From contig CM120648.1 in the NCBI GenBank assembly GCA_051362555.1, positions 17,480,587-17,544,586 on the forward strand: a stretch of DNA of 64,000 nt, written 5' to 3'. How positions within the stretch are numbered: position 1 is the first letter of the stretch; every line of letters begins with the position of its first letter. Positions 1 to 14,016 of this stretch are shown here, piece after piece. The notes under the pieces are model-generated. The model was not told the origin of the DNA. It did not search any database and saw only the letters and a program-made list of their open reading frames with translations. The stretch comes from Lingula anatina (lineage: Eukaryota; Animalia; Brachiopoda). A program made the position numbers and the translations under genes.

Positions 1-225
1 GCGATATGGATCTTGGTAAATTTTATGAATTACATGGAAAGTTTATATATACTGGTACAAGTTAAGGCCAACGATTTTCTCACTTTCACAGTAACGGTTA
101 TCTCGAATCCTTTGATATTCGTTGTACATAGCTGAAGCATTAACCCTTAATTCAGGTTTTATTGAAAATATCCGTTGTTCGTTTTATTGAAACGTCCAAT
201 ACTAACATGTTCCAGAATTAGCTTA

Positions 226-226
226 A

Positions 227-270
<44 letters not shown>
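226..270. repeat. (TAT)n microsatellite
   Basis: Seen directly. Similar tracts lie at 941-987 and 37048-37120. Confidence 0.95.
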
Positions 271-271
<1 letters not shown>

Positions 272-353
272 AGAAAAATGTTTATTTCAAACCATGTGGG
301 TTCACGAATGACCAATGACCCAGATACAGATCTAGGTCAACGACATGACGTAC

Positions 354-940
354 CTGCTCCCGAAATTTGCTGCCAAAACGCGTACAGAGTATTTAATTCT
401 TCTCTTGTTTCCGCTGTTGCTAGGTGAGCCCCTCTGTCACGACAGTATGCAGTCGCTGCTGAGTAGTCAAAAGCGACAGGAATGTAGGTGTAGACAGCAG
501 GAGCTAGAAATTACAAAAAAAGTCAGTTTCAAGATCAGAACCAATATAGGTCAAGGCCAGGCACAATAGAAGGCTAGTCTCAATAAACATCAAGGTCAGT
601 ATCAATATAGGTCAAGGTCAGTCCCAATTACACCGAAACACATCATCGAGCAATTAGGTAGAGCTCGCGGTCCCCTGTGAAAACAGCGTTAATACAATTC
701 GCAGATGAGTTACTTATAGGTTAGTGAAGTCAGATATGGTACCGTGGTGACCCTACTCCGTCGTATTCACATGTGCATGTTACTTACTAGATTGAGAACA
801 TGTGACTTGCTGCTCAGACATCTCCAACTGAAAAAAGAGCAAACGGCTACTTTATATTATATCAATACATAAGCAGTGTACAACATAACAACTGCAAATG
901 CTAATACAGCACAAAATGCTGATGTCAATTTTACCTTTAC

Positions 941-988
<48 letters not shown>

Positions 989-2597
989 TTGATTGGCAAC
1001 TAAAATCGTTAGATTGCACAACAATATAAATTGTTAAATTCATTAAATGAGTATATGATTAAAAGAAGTATAAATTAAAGCTAAAAACATGAAATAAAAC
1101 ATTTTGTACTCTAATTATATTTTAAAGTGCATTAAGATTCATTTGAAACACACTGAAAGTTAGATCTGTTTTTTTTTAATTATCAGTGGTTTTAGTCTGA
1201 TTTTGGAATGAATATCTTTGCTAAAATAAATGATGGGCCATAACTGAGAACTATCGGGTTTTCAAAGTATATGGTATGCTTGTATTTGACTCAGGTAGTA
1301 GTTGAAGTATCTGTGGTCTTTGGAGTAATGTTTTAACTCATCCCTTCTGCCGGCAAGTGCAACACTGTTAGAAATTGTTAGAGCCTCATCATATTGAGTG
1401 TCAAGGTACCGTGTATATGTTTTTTATGCTCTTTTCTAAACCATCCCAGTCTTTTTATCTTTTCATCATTTATCACTAAGTGTGGTGTATTATCGCCATC
1501 TCTTAAAAGGTCGAACATGATTTATTTGGTTTTGTCAATTAATTGATTGTTTTAACAATAAAAATAAATAATTGGAATCACTAGACCACATAGTGAGATC
1601 TGCTGTTGTAGATGGGAGACTGCCTTATTTATGTACGGCTCTATAATTCAGGATACCATTGATATCTACACATTTAATATTGTCCTATTCAGATTTTATG
1701 TCAGTGATCATAACAGCAAAGAAGACTGAACCGAATTCGGTCCCATGCGGTACACCTGCATTTATAGTCAACCGTTGAGATTTTGCATTTTCAGGTTTTG
1801 AAACAGGAGTCCCTTTCTGACAGAAAGCTATAAATTCATCTGTCCTTTTTCTAGGATTTCAAGATAATTTTTTCGATGAGCAGTCCTGGTATAATCCACT
1901 AAAAGCATTTTGGTGCACTGCCCAGGTGGGTTAGTCGGTCTTGAGATAATGTTAATTCCTTCAATCAATACAAATGTTGTGGTGCTGCATTTAAAATGCC
2001 AAACTGTCTAGACCCAATCTTGATGGACGCTACTACCCAAACTTAATTGACAATAAACCTTTCAAGTACCTTCGAGAGAACTGGTGTTAGTGAGATAGGT
2101 CCAATGTTTGCTCCTGTGGCCTTCGGTGATGAGCATATGAAAGACTTCATAGATTTTTATGTATAGAAGTGTGCAAATAAGTGCTTTGCATGCGTGAAAT
2201 AACAAGTGCATGTATTTTAAGGTTTGCTACTATTTATTCAAAAATATATAATTTAAAACTGATACATTACCTGTTCAAAGTACCGAGATCCTTTGCTGTG
2301 TAACAGATGCTTGCTATTCTCGTCGGATTTTGCGTCGACATATTCACATAAATCTTCCCCTGAATTGACTTTAATGTAGTTGAATCCCACACAGCGGGGC
2401 GTGTTCGACGTGCACTCGATGGCACACGCGCTTTTTGTGGACACATATTGGCGTCCATATACCTTGATATTTGCCACATCTACCCTGCAGCTTGGAGGGG
2501 TGACATATCTGTACATAGTTGTAGATTTTGTATCCCCATATACAATCCAAATGGCCGCAAACATAAGATGTAAAATGTAAAGCATGTTCAGAGGCAT
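354..2597 (-). CDS. PAN/apple + C-type lectin gene, copy A (partial). Exons 2597-2271, 827-788, 503-354; last CTL exon lies left of the window
   Basis: Exon 1 has a signal peptide and PAN-like C..CAIEC....CVGFNY....CEY, ending CAG|gtaatg (phase 0). The 40-nt exon reads LEMSEQQVTCSQS (tttcag|...|gtaagt). The 150-nt exon reads TPAVYTYIPVAFDYSAATAYCRDRGAHLATAETREEL (CTL N-terminal half). Phases 0/1/1 match the other four copies. Confidence 0.88.
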
Positions 2598-4927
2598 TTT
2601 GATAATAGCCAACATAGAATACAACAATTAATTATTCCTCTTGAAAGTCTCTAGATCGTTTTTGCAAAACTACTCTTTTTTATCCTCTTTGTGAGAGGGT
2701 CATTCCTGACATGGCAACTGCATCTCACACGAGTCAACACAGTAAGAAAACAATGGTTATCAGAGACAACTCCAGAAACCCAACCAAATTTCTTTCTTAA
2801 ATGGAAATCCGATGTGTTCGTTTCACAATAGAAAAGCCAACATAACATCGATTTGGACAGTGCAATGTAAAGTATACTTAATCAAAGAAAATAAAATTTT
2901 AGTCACTTTGCCATTGTTTCTGTACCATTTATAATTAATTGTGTGTTTTCCATTACCAGGGACGCTGAATTTATAAACTTTACCAGGAAAACAGATGGAT
3001 TTTGTTTTAGGTATTTCACAGGCGTGTCTCTGAATATTTCATGACACAATTCTCTACTATAACCTTGTTCTGAAATCTAAAGGATAATTACAGAGCTGAT
3101 AATTGTTTGTCGTCAGTTAACAAGTCCCTGCCATATCCCCATGTTTGCAATCAAGTAAATTGTTTGCCCTGACTTTAATTGCCTGACTTGCTGTTGTCGA
3201 TTTTAACTGTCACCTTGATCGGTCAATGAAACAGAAAACCACAGAAAACGACCCTGAATACTACGCTACTCTATCATAATGCAAAACAGCAAAAAGGTTT
3301 TAATGAACACAGCCATTTTGCAGTCTGTCTGTTTTTTTCTCTTGGAAACAACATTAAGTTTTAAATGTGTAAAATACAAGCTTGTACATGATTATTTTCT
3401 AAATACAGGATTGACAGAGATGAGCTGTTTCCAGTCGTGATATTTTAGCAATGTTTTGCTAGAGAATTGTCCAGACCAAGATGAGATAATTGTGGTAGTG
3501 GTGGAGATATTGATAATGGCTCTAGGTGTGACGTCATTCGGAATTAAGCTCATTGTCACCGGCAACAGTCAGGGACAACCCAGCCAATCAATTACCTTTG
3601 TCAAGAAGACGTCGTCGAAATTTTCAATAATGTGAAGAAGTGAGTTTGCCCTCTATATCTCTGGTCGCACAGCGTGCGCAGTCTATCAGAATCAAGAAAG
3701 GATGTTCAAAAATTCATCGCGCATTTTCCCTGTGCATACTTTTCTCAATAATGGGTTTGTTCATAAACAGGAAAACTTGCCTTTCAATATAATTAATGAC
3801 TGCATGCCATCAATAAAAGCTACGAAGTACAGGTACTATTTCTATATACATATTCCGCTGAAAGTAATGTTGTGATACTGGTATAACGGAATTTATCAAA
3901 CAGCATACGTATATAATTTCAAAGCTATGTTTACTTCATGTAGTTTAATCATGTATATTGATAAAGAAGTGGAATATTTCGCCTTCCCGTTTATGTTATT
4001 ATGATAAGCAACTCATGAGGGTACATGTGTAAACATACCTGTATTTTACATGTGTATGTACGTGTATTAAATAAGGAATTCCCCATTTAACAATGCTCTT
4101 TGGATGCCGATATTAGGTCATACCGGTAACTTCCGGTGTCCATTGAGATATTTTATCGTGGCTTTTGGGATGAAATATCTAATTTAATCATATTTGCTAA
4201 TATTAGAATAGAAACACCCGGATAAATGTAATTCAATACGTCGTGCTGTGTTATTTTAAATACGTATCGAAAATGTCTAAGACCGTCCTGATGACATGTT
4301 TGTGATAGGTTTTAACTTAAAAGCACATGAATGAAGGTAAGAAAAGATGCATATTAGCCAAACTATTACATTGCTGTTACAGAGTTTGCATTTATTATGG
4401 AGATAGAAATATAAATACTAAAATACTAAATATATCAGCTTTTTCCGGTTATGCAAAAATTACATTTCATTTCATCACTTACATGTACGTACATCACCGG
4501 CTATCGTAACATGAGTTATCAGAATTAAAATATAATCAGGGATATTTAAATGTTTAAGTTTTTTTTTCCTTTTTCAGACACGTGGTTATGTGACAGTCTC
4601 TGGTACTTTGGCAGTATGCCCCCACCCTGCAACTCTCTATTGTTTAATGCTAACTTATTGTTAATCTTTTAAAGTTAACGTTGAAATTATCAGATCAATG
4701 AGATTACAGAAAAATTTTCACTCCAGCGATATCCTCTACTCTCATAATATTTGGTACGCATATATGATTATCGAAAAAGCATGTTAAAATTCGTTAATAA
4801 TTGCCAAATGTATGTGTTTGAATATTGAAGACACTGCTTAAAGTCACCACACTAATTAATTAAAAATATGTTGAATATCACTAAGCTATATGTTAGGGGG
4901 AGGGGGCTGCAAACGAGCGCTCAGTTT

Positions 4928-7806
4928 CTACCCTTCACAGATGAAGAGTCTGAGGCCGTTACAAGGCCAGTCGTTCCATTTCCCGTCTGGAGAGAACTCC
5001 ATACAGTTTTCTCCATCTCCGCCATTCGGCTCAGTGAACCCCCATGCTGAATAGTCCACTGGATCTCCATTCGCAGCGTTCCAACGCCAGTCGCCATTGT
5101 GGGCAATGTCGTCTGCTCCCAACCAAAGTCTACAATCTGCACATGCTAAAAAAATAATTAAAAATAAATAAATTAATTAAAGGAATAATAGCTCTTCGTA
5201 TGAGATCTGCATTTCAAAATAGTAACATTGTGAACAACTCCTAGAAATATAATATATTCTATTGCACCACATATAATATATTCTATTGCAGTGATAGCTA
5301 TTATTCTGACATTTGAGCTTGTACTTAGACCACGTGACCTCCATTGATGGCTATACTCTGTTATAATCTCTTAAAATATTATAACAGAAAAAAAAAATAG
5401 AAAAAAAAAGAAAAAAAAAAACTGGGACTAACTTTGAATGTAAAAATGGATTCATTAATCATTGGTTAGTATGGAAAGATTGTTGTTTACTCCAGGAAAA
5501 TTCATTTTTTTGCCAAAACGAAGAGTTATTATCCCTTTAATTAAAAATAAATTAGCCATTACCATTCAGTTAATAATATAAATCTTGGAAATGTTATAAA
5601 TAATTATATAATGGTATAAGTTTTGGCCAACAATTTTCTCACTTCGGCTGTACTCTGTATATAACTTCAATCACCCCTTAACGAGTTTTATAAGAACATC
5701 CGTTGTTTGTTTTCACAACACACCAAATACTACATGATCTAGATCTAGCTAAACATTAACAAATTTAATCCCGACATTTTTATTGCAGTGTTGATTTTCA
5801 GGTGGGGTCTAAGTTAGACGACGGGCACATATGTTGTGGACATTTCTTCTTTTTACAAAAAAAAAAAAAAAAAAAAAAAAGGAAATACACAAAATTCAAG
5901 ACAAGACTTTTCCTTATCAATTGAAGTCATTTATTCTCACTTTGAGGCTGTAAAACATAAATCAGAGTATTTTTGCCGTGCTTCCCATATTAGGCCTATG
6001 GGATTAAATAGATTAAACTTGTTCAAATCGCAGCTTTGAATATAATTGTTGATCTTTAAAAACTTAAAATGGAATGCATAATAATTATTTGAAATAAAAC
6101 TGCATCTTGCTAACGATGTGGGTGTAAAAGTAACCAATGACCCATATACAAATCTAGGTCAATGACATAACGTACCTCCCTCTGGAGTTTGTTGCCAAAT
6201 CGCGTACAGAATACTTAATTCTTCCCTAGTCTCCGCTGTTGCCAGGTGTGCCCCTCTGTCACGACAGTATGCCGTCGCTGCGGAGTACGAAAGAGGAATA
6301 GGAAAGTAGGTGTAGGCAGAAGGAGCTGGAAATCAGAAAAAAAGGTCGGTTTCAAGATCAGTACCAATAAAGGTCATTGTCAATATCAATATAGGTCAAG
6401 GTCAGTGACAATTGCACCGTAACTGTTACTTGTGGAAGGAGCTCGAGCAATTACATAGAGCGCGTGGTCCCCTGTGAAAACAGCGTTTAAACAATTCACA
6501 AATGAGTCATTTATAGGTTAGTGAAGTCAGATATGGTACTGTGGAGATCCTACTCCGTCGTATTCACATGTGTATGTTACTTACGAGTTCGAGAACAGGT
6601 GACTTGCCGCTCCGACACCCCCAGCTGAAAAAAATGAGTACACAGCCGCTGTGGATTATATAAATAAGAAAGCAGTGTGCAGCATTACAAACGCAAATAC
6701 TAATATAACACACAATGCCGACGTCATTTTTACCATTACTATTGAATAGTGAAACAACTTTTTTTCGTCAATTAATTGATTGTTTAAAGAATTAAAAAAA
6801 TGTTATCACTAGACCACAGAGTGAGATCTGCTGTTCTAGCTGGGAGACTGCCTTGTTTATGGACGGCTTTTTAGTTCAGGATGCCGTTAATATTTACACC
6901 TTTAATATAGTCCTATTCAGATTTTATGTCAGTGATCATAATAGAAAAGAAGACCGAACTCTGTTCCTTGCATTTATGAGCAACCGTACAGCTTTCAGTT
7001 ATTCACACACAGTTACCTTTCTGACAGGAAGCTATAAATTCACTGGTCCCTTTTTCTGGGATTTCAAGATAAAGGAGTTTTTTGGATGAGCAGAGTGTGA
7101 TCAACTCTGTTGAAAGCCTCGCTATAATCCACTGAAAGCATTATGGCGTATTGCCCAAGTGGGTTAGTCTTCAGATCATGTCGATTCCTTCAACTAACAC
7201 AAAAATTGTGCTGCTGCATTTAAAATGCCAAATTGTCTAGGGACAATCTTGATGGACGCTACTACCCAAACTCAATCTACAACAAACCTTACAAGTACCT
7301 TTGAGAGAACAAGTGTTAGTGAGACAGGGCCAGTATCTGCTTTCGGTGATAAGCATATGAACTCTAATGTATAGATGTGTACAAAGGAGTCTTTTGCATT
7401 CGTTAAATTGCAAGAACATGCATTTTATAGTTTGCTACTATTTATTTAATAAATAGGTAAATGGAAACTGACACATTACCTGTTCATAGTACCGAGATCC
7501 TTTGCTGTGTAACAGATGCTTGCTATTCTCGTCAGATTTTACGTCGACATATTCACATAAATCTTCCCCTGAATCGGTTTTAATGTAGTTGAACCCCACA
7601 CAGCGGGGCGTGTTCGCCGTGCACGCGATGGCGCAAGCGCTCTTCCTGGAAACATATTGGCGTCCAAAAGCGTTGATATTTGCCACGTCTTCCCGGCAGT
7701 TTGGAGGGCTGACATATCTGTACCCATTTGTGGAATTTTTATCCCCAAATACAATCCAAACGACCGTAAGCATGATATGTAAAGTACAAAATGTGTGCCG
7801 AAGCAT
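4928..7806 (-). CDS. PAN/apple + C-type lectin gene, copy B (241 aa). Exons 7806-7480, 6624-6585, 6325-6176, 5136-4928
   Basis: All introns are GT-AG and the spliced frame is open. The last exon reads DCRLWLGADDIAHNGDWRWNAANGDPVDYSAWGFTEPNGGDGENCMEFSPDGKWNDWPCNGLRLFICEG*, with WLG, EPN, WND and FICE motifs. An alternative in-frame acceptor exists at 5145. Confidence 0.92.
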
Positions 7807-9396
7807 TTTGATAACAGCAAGCTAGAATAAAAAACGCGTACAACAAGAGCAGTTGATCGTTCCTCTTGACAGTTTTAAGATCATTTTTACAAAGTGCAGC
7901 TACGCTTGTTGCCTATCGGTTTAATGAGGGGGTCATTGCAGATATGACAACTGCATCTCAAACACAAGTCAACAAATCACAGTAGGAAAACAATGGTTAT
8001 CGGAGACATCTCCAGAAACGAAACCAATTTTATTTCTAACGTGGAAATCCGATGTGTTCGTTTTACAATAGAAAAGCTTACATGACATCGATTTGGACAG
8101 TCTAATGTAAAGTATACTTAATCAAATAAGATAAAATTTTAGTCACTTTGCCATTGTTTCTGTACCATTTATAATTAATTGTGTGTTTTTCATCACCAGG
8201 GGCGCTGAACTTATAACTTCTACCAGGAAAACAGATGGATTTTTCTTTAGATATTTCACAGGCTTGTCTCTAAATATTTCATGACACAATTCTCTGCTAT
8301 AACCGTGTTCTGATCTCAAGGATAATTACAGAGCTGATAATTGTCGGTTGCCAGTAAACAAGTCCCTGTCATATCCCCATGTTTGCAATCAATGGAGTTG
8401 TTTGCTCTCACTTTAATTGCCTGACTTGGTGTTGCCGATCTTAACTGTCAGCATGATCAGTCAATAAAACGGAAAACTACAGAAAACGACTCTGAAATAC
8501 CACGCTAGTCTACCGTAATGCAAAATGGAAGATAAACGAGACACATCAAGTAACTATTTACAATGCTTTTAATACAATGAAAATGCATACACGCCAAAAG
8601 TTTGTTAAACAAAAAACTTGTCCTACAAAAATCAAAATAAAGTAGAAAAATCCACCAGAGCACCCTTTGCCCTGTAACCGCTTACAACTACCTAAATAGC
8701 CCATGCTTTAAAGTCAGAGCCCTCAGGCTAGGAGGACGACCACCAGGTTGTTCACAGAGAATGTCCCCAAAAATGCTCGAAAGGTCCATTTGTTATTATT
8801 GTCATGTATCATTTCTAGTTAGAAACTTTACTTGGGACTGGCGTTTGGTTTTTTTATGTGTTTAAATGCGCATATGTGGACACCAAACCGTGGATGTTTT
8901 AAACCTTAGATGTGAACGGTCCTGAAATAGAGACATTATGCAAAGTTAAAAACTGAACAATCTATCCTCCGGCGGGAGATTCGATAACGAAACTTTAATG
9001 TAAATTTTCACCAAAGGATTTTATTACTTCCCTGAATAAGAACTAACATAATATGCAAATAATAATTTATTTATGAATACTGAGAATAATGTACGTTCAA
9101 AGTCTTTCTTTTTATACACATGTAATTAATTGCTGTGTTCTTATTCCATCTGTTTTAGTATGTAAGCCAAACCAAACAAATCAGGCTATTTCCCGCCGGT
9201 AAAGTCTTGAGTGGGTGATCCGGACATTCCACAAGAGCTAAATATCAGGGAGCTAAATATCCCTGTGCCCTGTGCGTATAACAAATACTTGCTTACGTCC
9301 ATTATTTAGGATTTTTTATCCTTGTTCCCCTTCCTAAGAAAGTCCCCGCATGGGCTTGGGATCCTAATGTTCGTGTAATATACAGAGGTATACTTT

Positions 9397-11647
9397 CTAT
9401 CCTTCACAGAGGAAGGATCTGGTATTGCTACACGACTTATCGTTCCATGTTCCGTCTGAGTAGAGCTCCATGCAATTTTCTCCAGCTCCGCCGTTTGGCT
9501 CACTTGGGTGCCATTCTGAATAGTCCACCGGATCTCCATTTGCAGCGTTCCACCGCCAATCGCCATCTTGGCCGATGTCGTCTGCTCCCAACCAAATTTT
9601 ATCGACTGATTATATAAAGAGAAAATTGAAGCCTTTAACCATGTTAAAAGTATATAGATATCACTTTATGTGACAAGTATAAATATTTTCCAAACCTAAA
9701 AATGCATGGGTGTTTAGGCTCACTTGTGCCTTTTTCTCAAGTGTACTAAGTAATAACGTAACAGTTTTCTAAACCCCCTTTCATTGAAAATTAACGTCGC
9801 TAATCGTCAAACGCAAACACATTCCAGAAGTATCTTTATATCGTGTTTGATTCAAATAGCAGCTTGAAGATTAAAAGAAAAATATAATGGAATACGCATT
9901 TAGTGACTGACATGAAATCCGATTACCCGAAGATCAAGAACGTAATAACCAATAAACTGGATGCATATTTAAGTCTCTGAAATGACCTGGATACAGATTT
10001 AAGTACCTGCTCCTGGGACTTGCTGCCAAAACGCGTGTAAATACATTAACTTTTTCCTAGTCTCGGCTGTTGCAAGGTGAGCCCCGTTTTGTAGGCAATA
10101 TGCCGTTGCACCTGCGTGCGACAGACTGATAGGGACGTAGGTATACACAGGATAAGGAGCTGGAAAAAAAGGAAGTAAGTGTCAAAAACAATCCCAATGT
10201 AGGTCAAGGTGACATTCAATACAGGTCAAGGTAATTTATAATGAAGGTGAAGGTCAGTCTCAAACACGGTAAAACAGATCCTTGTGAAAATTGCGCACTA
10301 CCAAAGTTAGCCATCAGATAGGATCAAAGCAACATGCATATGTCCCCAATAATAAAAAAAAAAATTAATACAGTTGACAAGATGAACGATCCATGAAGTC
10401 AGATATGACTGTTGACCGTCCTTAACACGTGTCTTTTACTTACTAGATCGAGAACATGTGACTTGCTGCTCTGACATCTCCAACTGAAAATAGAGCACAC
10501 AGCCATTTTGAAATTATTATTTTATTTAAAATTGATATCGGTACAAGAAACAATCTTCAACTTTACAAAACACAGAAACACGCAGACAGTTTAAAACTGG
10601 TCAGTTCAAAAAGCAGTCTCCCATTTTACGATACATGAATAAAAACTGACCCATATTGTTTAATTTACTTCTACAGTATTTTATAACCATTGGTGGGGCC
10701 TGTGAACACCATAACCCGTCAAGAGTGGGTATTAAACGTGCTGCCATGAATAGACATATACTTTTATTAAAACACGTGAGCGTAGTTTTAAAATTAATTG
10801 TAACTTTCCCTGACGAGTTATCAGCTTATTGTTAATTTTTCTCTGTATTTAAAAGATATCATTTACAGAGAGCATATTTAAAATCCCATTAAATCCACCG
10901 GAAGTGAGCAACTTAACCGTGTTTGTTCTCTATTTTGTTTGTCTATTGATTTAACATGTTGTATCCGCACTGATACAGCCGTGCTCTAAACAGATTGATG
11001 TTTGTAACACGTGTCATATAATTCACAATGTCTGAAAACCTTTTTGAATAATGCAGTGGACAGACAATTTCGTATGAAAAATGCAAATTTTCGCAATGGA
11101 TAGGCATTTTTATAGAACTAACCGCAAAACATTTAAACATGTTAAAACAAATTGCAGTCAATTCTTTAAAGTGTCCGGGATTTGATAAACCGATTGTTGT
11201 GTGCGTTCATGTATTGTTGTATGCAAGCGTGTGTGTTCTTGCAAGACTGTTCTTATGTTAATACACGACTTCTAGGGCATAGTGCGTATTTTAATGAATA
11301 ATGAGAAAGTGATACATTACCTGTTCAAAGTACCGATATCCATGGCGGTAAACCAAATTGGTGCTATTCTCGTCAGATTTTGCGTCAACATATTCACATG
11401 AATCTTCCCCTGAATTGACTTCAATGTAGTTGAATCCAACACAGCGGGGCGTGTTCGCCGTACAAGCGATGGCGCAAGCACTTTTTGTAGACACATATTG
11501 CTGTCCATATACCTTGATATTTGCCACGTCTTCCCTGCAGCTTGGAGGGCTGACATATCTGTAGACATTTGTAGAATTTTTATCTCCGACCACAATCCAA
11601 ACGACCGCAAGTATGAGATGCAAAATGCAAACCATGTTTAGAAGCAT
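9397..11647 (-). CDS. PAN/apple + C-type lectin gene, copy C (242 aa). Exons 11647-11321, 10483-10444, 10159-10007, 9605-9397
   Basis: Exon sizes 327/40/153/209 and phases match the paralogs. CTL ends ...WHPSEPNGGAGENCMELYSDGTWNDKSCSNTRSFLCEG*. Confidence 0.92.
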
Positions 11648-14016
11648 TCTGATACCAGCCAAAATACAACTCTAGTGTAACAACGATATCTCTTGTCAGT
11701 CTCTGGAAAGTTTTTCTCAAGTGCTAGGTGGAGCGATTTATTTGTCAACCGTCTCTATACGGGATTATAGTAAATACATGGTGATGACGCTCTGATCTCG
11801 CAAACACAAGTTAACATTCTCGCAAAACAATGGCCAGTAGAGGCAAATATGACCCGAGAACGAAATCAACTCTCTTTCTATAAATATAATAAAAATCCGA
11901 TGTATTCGAAACACAATACTAATATAATGCATTGAACTTAACGTTATAATTGTATCCATTTGGAGAACCTTAGAAGAAAAACTTTCATTGTGTGTCTTTC
12001 CCTTTACCGATGGTACAGGAACAGAAGAACAGAAGCACACTCAATATGAAACGACTGTCAACGAGTCCAACTTACTCTTAAACATGCATGATTACAGCAT
12101 AAATAAGTATACCTTTACGTAAACTCCCACCTACCACGTTCAAATATTGATTTTTCGCTAATTGTCATTAATTTTTCTGGCTAACTCTTGTCACAAATCT
12201 CTGGTGACGGAAAAGCGGATAGAATTAATTTGCCGCCCTGGTAGAGGGCTTACGTAACCTACGTCCTGGAAAATCACGGTGCTCGATAGAAGCAGGAAAC
12301 CCGTTAATTAGTGTCTATTCAGGAGAAACATCAAAAGTAATGAGGAATTAGTTCTACATTCAAGTCTCTCTCTCTCCTCTCTCTCTCTCTCTCAGTGTGT
12401 TGGTTCTGAATGATAATGAAATGGAGAAACGAATATTTCGAGTATTTTATCTGCCAAGGTTTCTTCTTAATAACAGGTAAATATTGCATTAGTGAAAATA
12501 AACAAGTTCATTGTACTTCTTACCTTCATTTGAGAGTTGTAAGGGGGACATAATACTCAGTTATATGTATTTTTTTGTTTTTAATTTTTTACTCTCACGT
12601 TTCCCGGTTTGTGTCTTTGTGAAAGGTAAAAAGTAACTTCAAAAATGGCGGACACAATTGGAAATGTAGAGCAAAGTTAGACTGTCTTAACACTTTCAGG
12701 AACTCACATTTATGTACAGTCATTATTTTTTCTTTATATTTAATCAATAAATTATTCCTTGTATTGTATTTATTAGTTAATGGAAAAAAGATGCATCGTG
12801 CTTCAGTTTCATTGGTAGAACGATTGACAGTTGACCTAATTATGAGTGTCATTGTTTTGAATCTTTCTTCATTTTGTGTATGTGTCAACTTCTTCACCTG
12901 ATATGGGGGGCGGGGGACGCCAACCGATCAAATAGGTCACCTGCAATGATCAGTTGGACGTATTATGTTAAATATGGACTTCCATATACCGCCCCGGCCT
13001 GTATACAGAAGGTAATCACTTATAACAATGCCGAAAAAAACAAAACAAAAAAAAACAAAAAAAAAAAAAAAACAATTATTATCAAATATACCAAGCCTTC
13101 GTAAGGGCGGATCCAGGATCATTTTTAGAGGGTCTGCGAATGCCAAGCCGACCTTCACTTTGGTATGGGGATCAGGGCCCGCTTTTGTTATTATTGTCAT
13201 GTATCATTTCTAGCTAAAACTTTACATGGGACTGTCTTTTTTCTTTTTATGTGTTTACCTGAGCTGCCCTGAGTGTCAGAGTCACTGTGAATCGGGCTTC
13301 AACAGTGAGCTCTGAATAACAGCAACAGTGTACGATTTCCTACCTCCGCAGTGAATCTGCAGTTGAATGTCATAAGAGCAAAGTGAAACGTAAAACAGAT
13401 TTAATTCTCCTTTATTTAATTTTATTTACTGTTTTTAAGATGTTAAGTGAAAAATAAATAATGTTTCTAAAATAAAAAGACATATCCAATTTTTTTTTGT
13501 ATTTTTGCTTATCAAAAAACATTTGCTCCTGCAGATTATGAACACAATACACGTGCTTGCCGTGTGCCAAGTTTGACAGCTACACTGTGTGCCCGATACC
13601 ACTATACATAAGGGCTGCGCAATGGCTAGACCAAAATAAGTTTTTAAAGCAGAATGTTGCTTTTGTTGTGGTTCTGACCTTCGACTGCAAGATATTCTTA
13701 GTTTAAACTTCAAGCTCCGCGTCAGCCTCTTTATTTCTTGTCAGCCACTTTATTTCTTGCCAAATAACCTGAGCATATGTGGTGTGTGTTAGAATACTGA
13801 AAATAATGTACGTTCAAATTCTTTCTTTTTATACACATGTGGGTGATTGTCGAGTTCTTATTCCATCTGTTTTAGTATGTAAACCAAACCAAACAAATCA
13901 GGCTGTTTCCCTACGGTAAAGTCTCGAGTCGGTGATCTGGGCGTTCCACAAGAGCTTAATAGCAGGGATGTTTGAAATTTTACTCATATTTTCTGTTAAC
14001 ACGGTTTGTATACAAT

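Noticed and set aside
852-1043. Poly-Leu ORF, and similar poly-Ile, poly-Phe and poly-Lys ORFs at 36877, 47204 and 5836
   Set aside because: These are translations of microsatellites or homopolymer runs.
3400-3660. Exon-like segment between lectins A and B
   Set aside because: It has stops in each frame examined and no recognisable domain.
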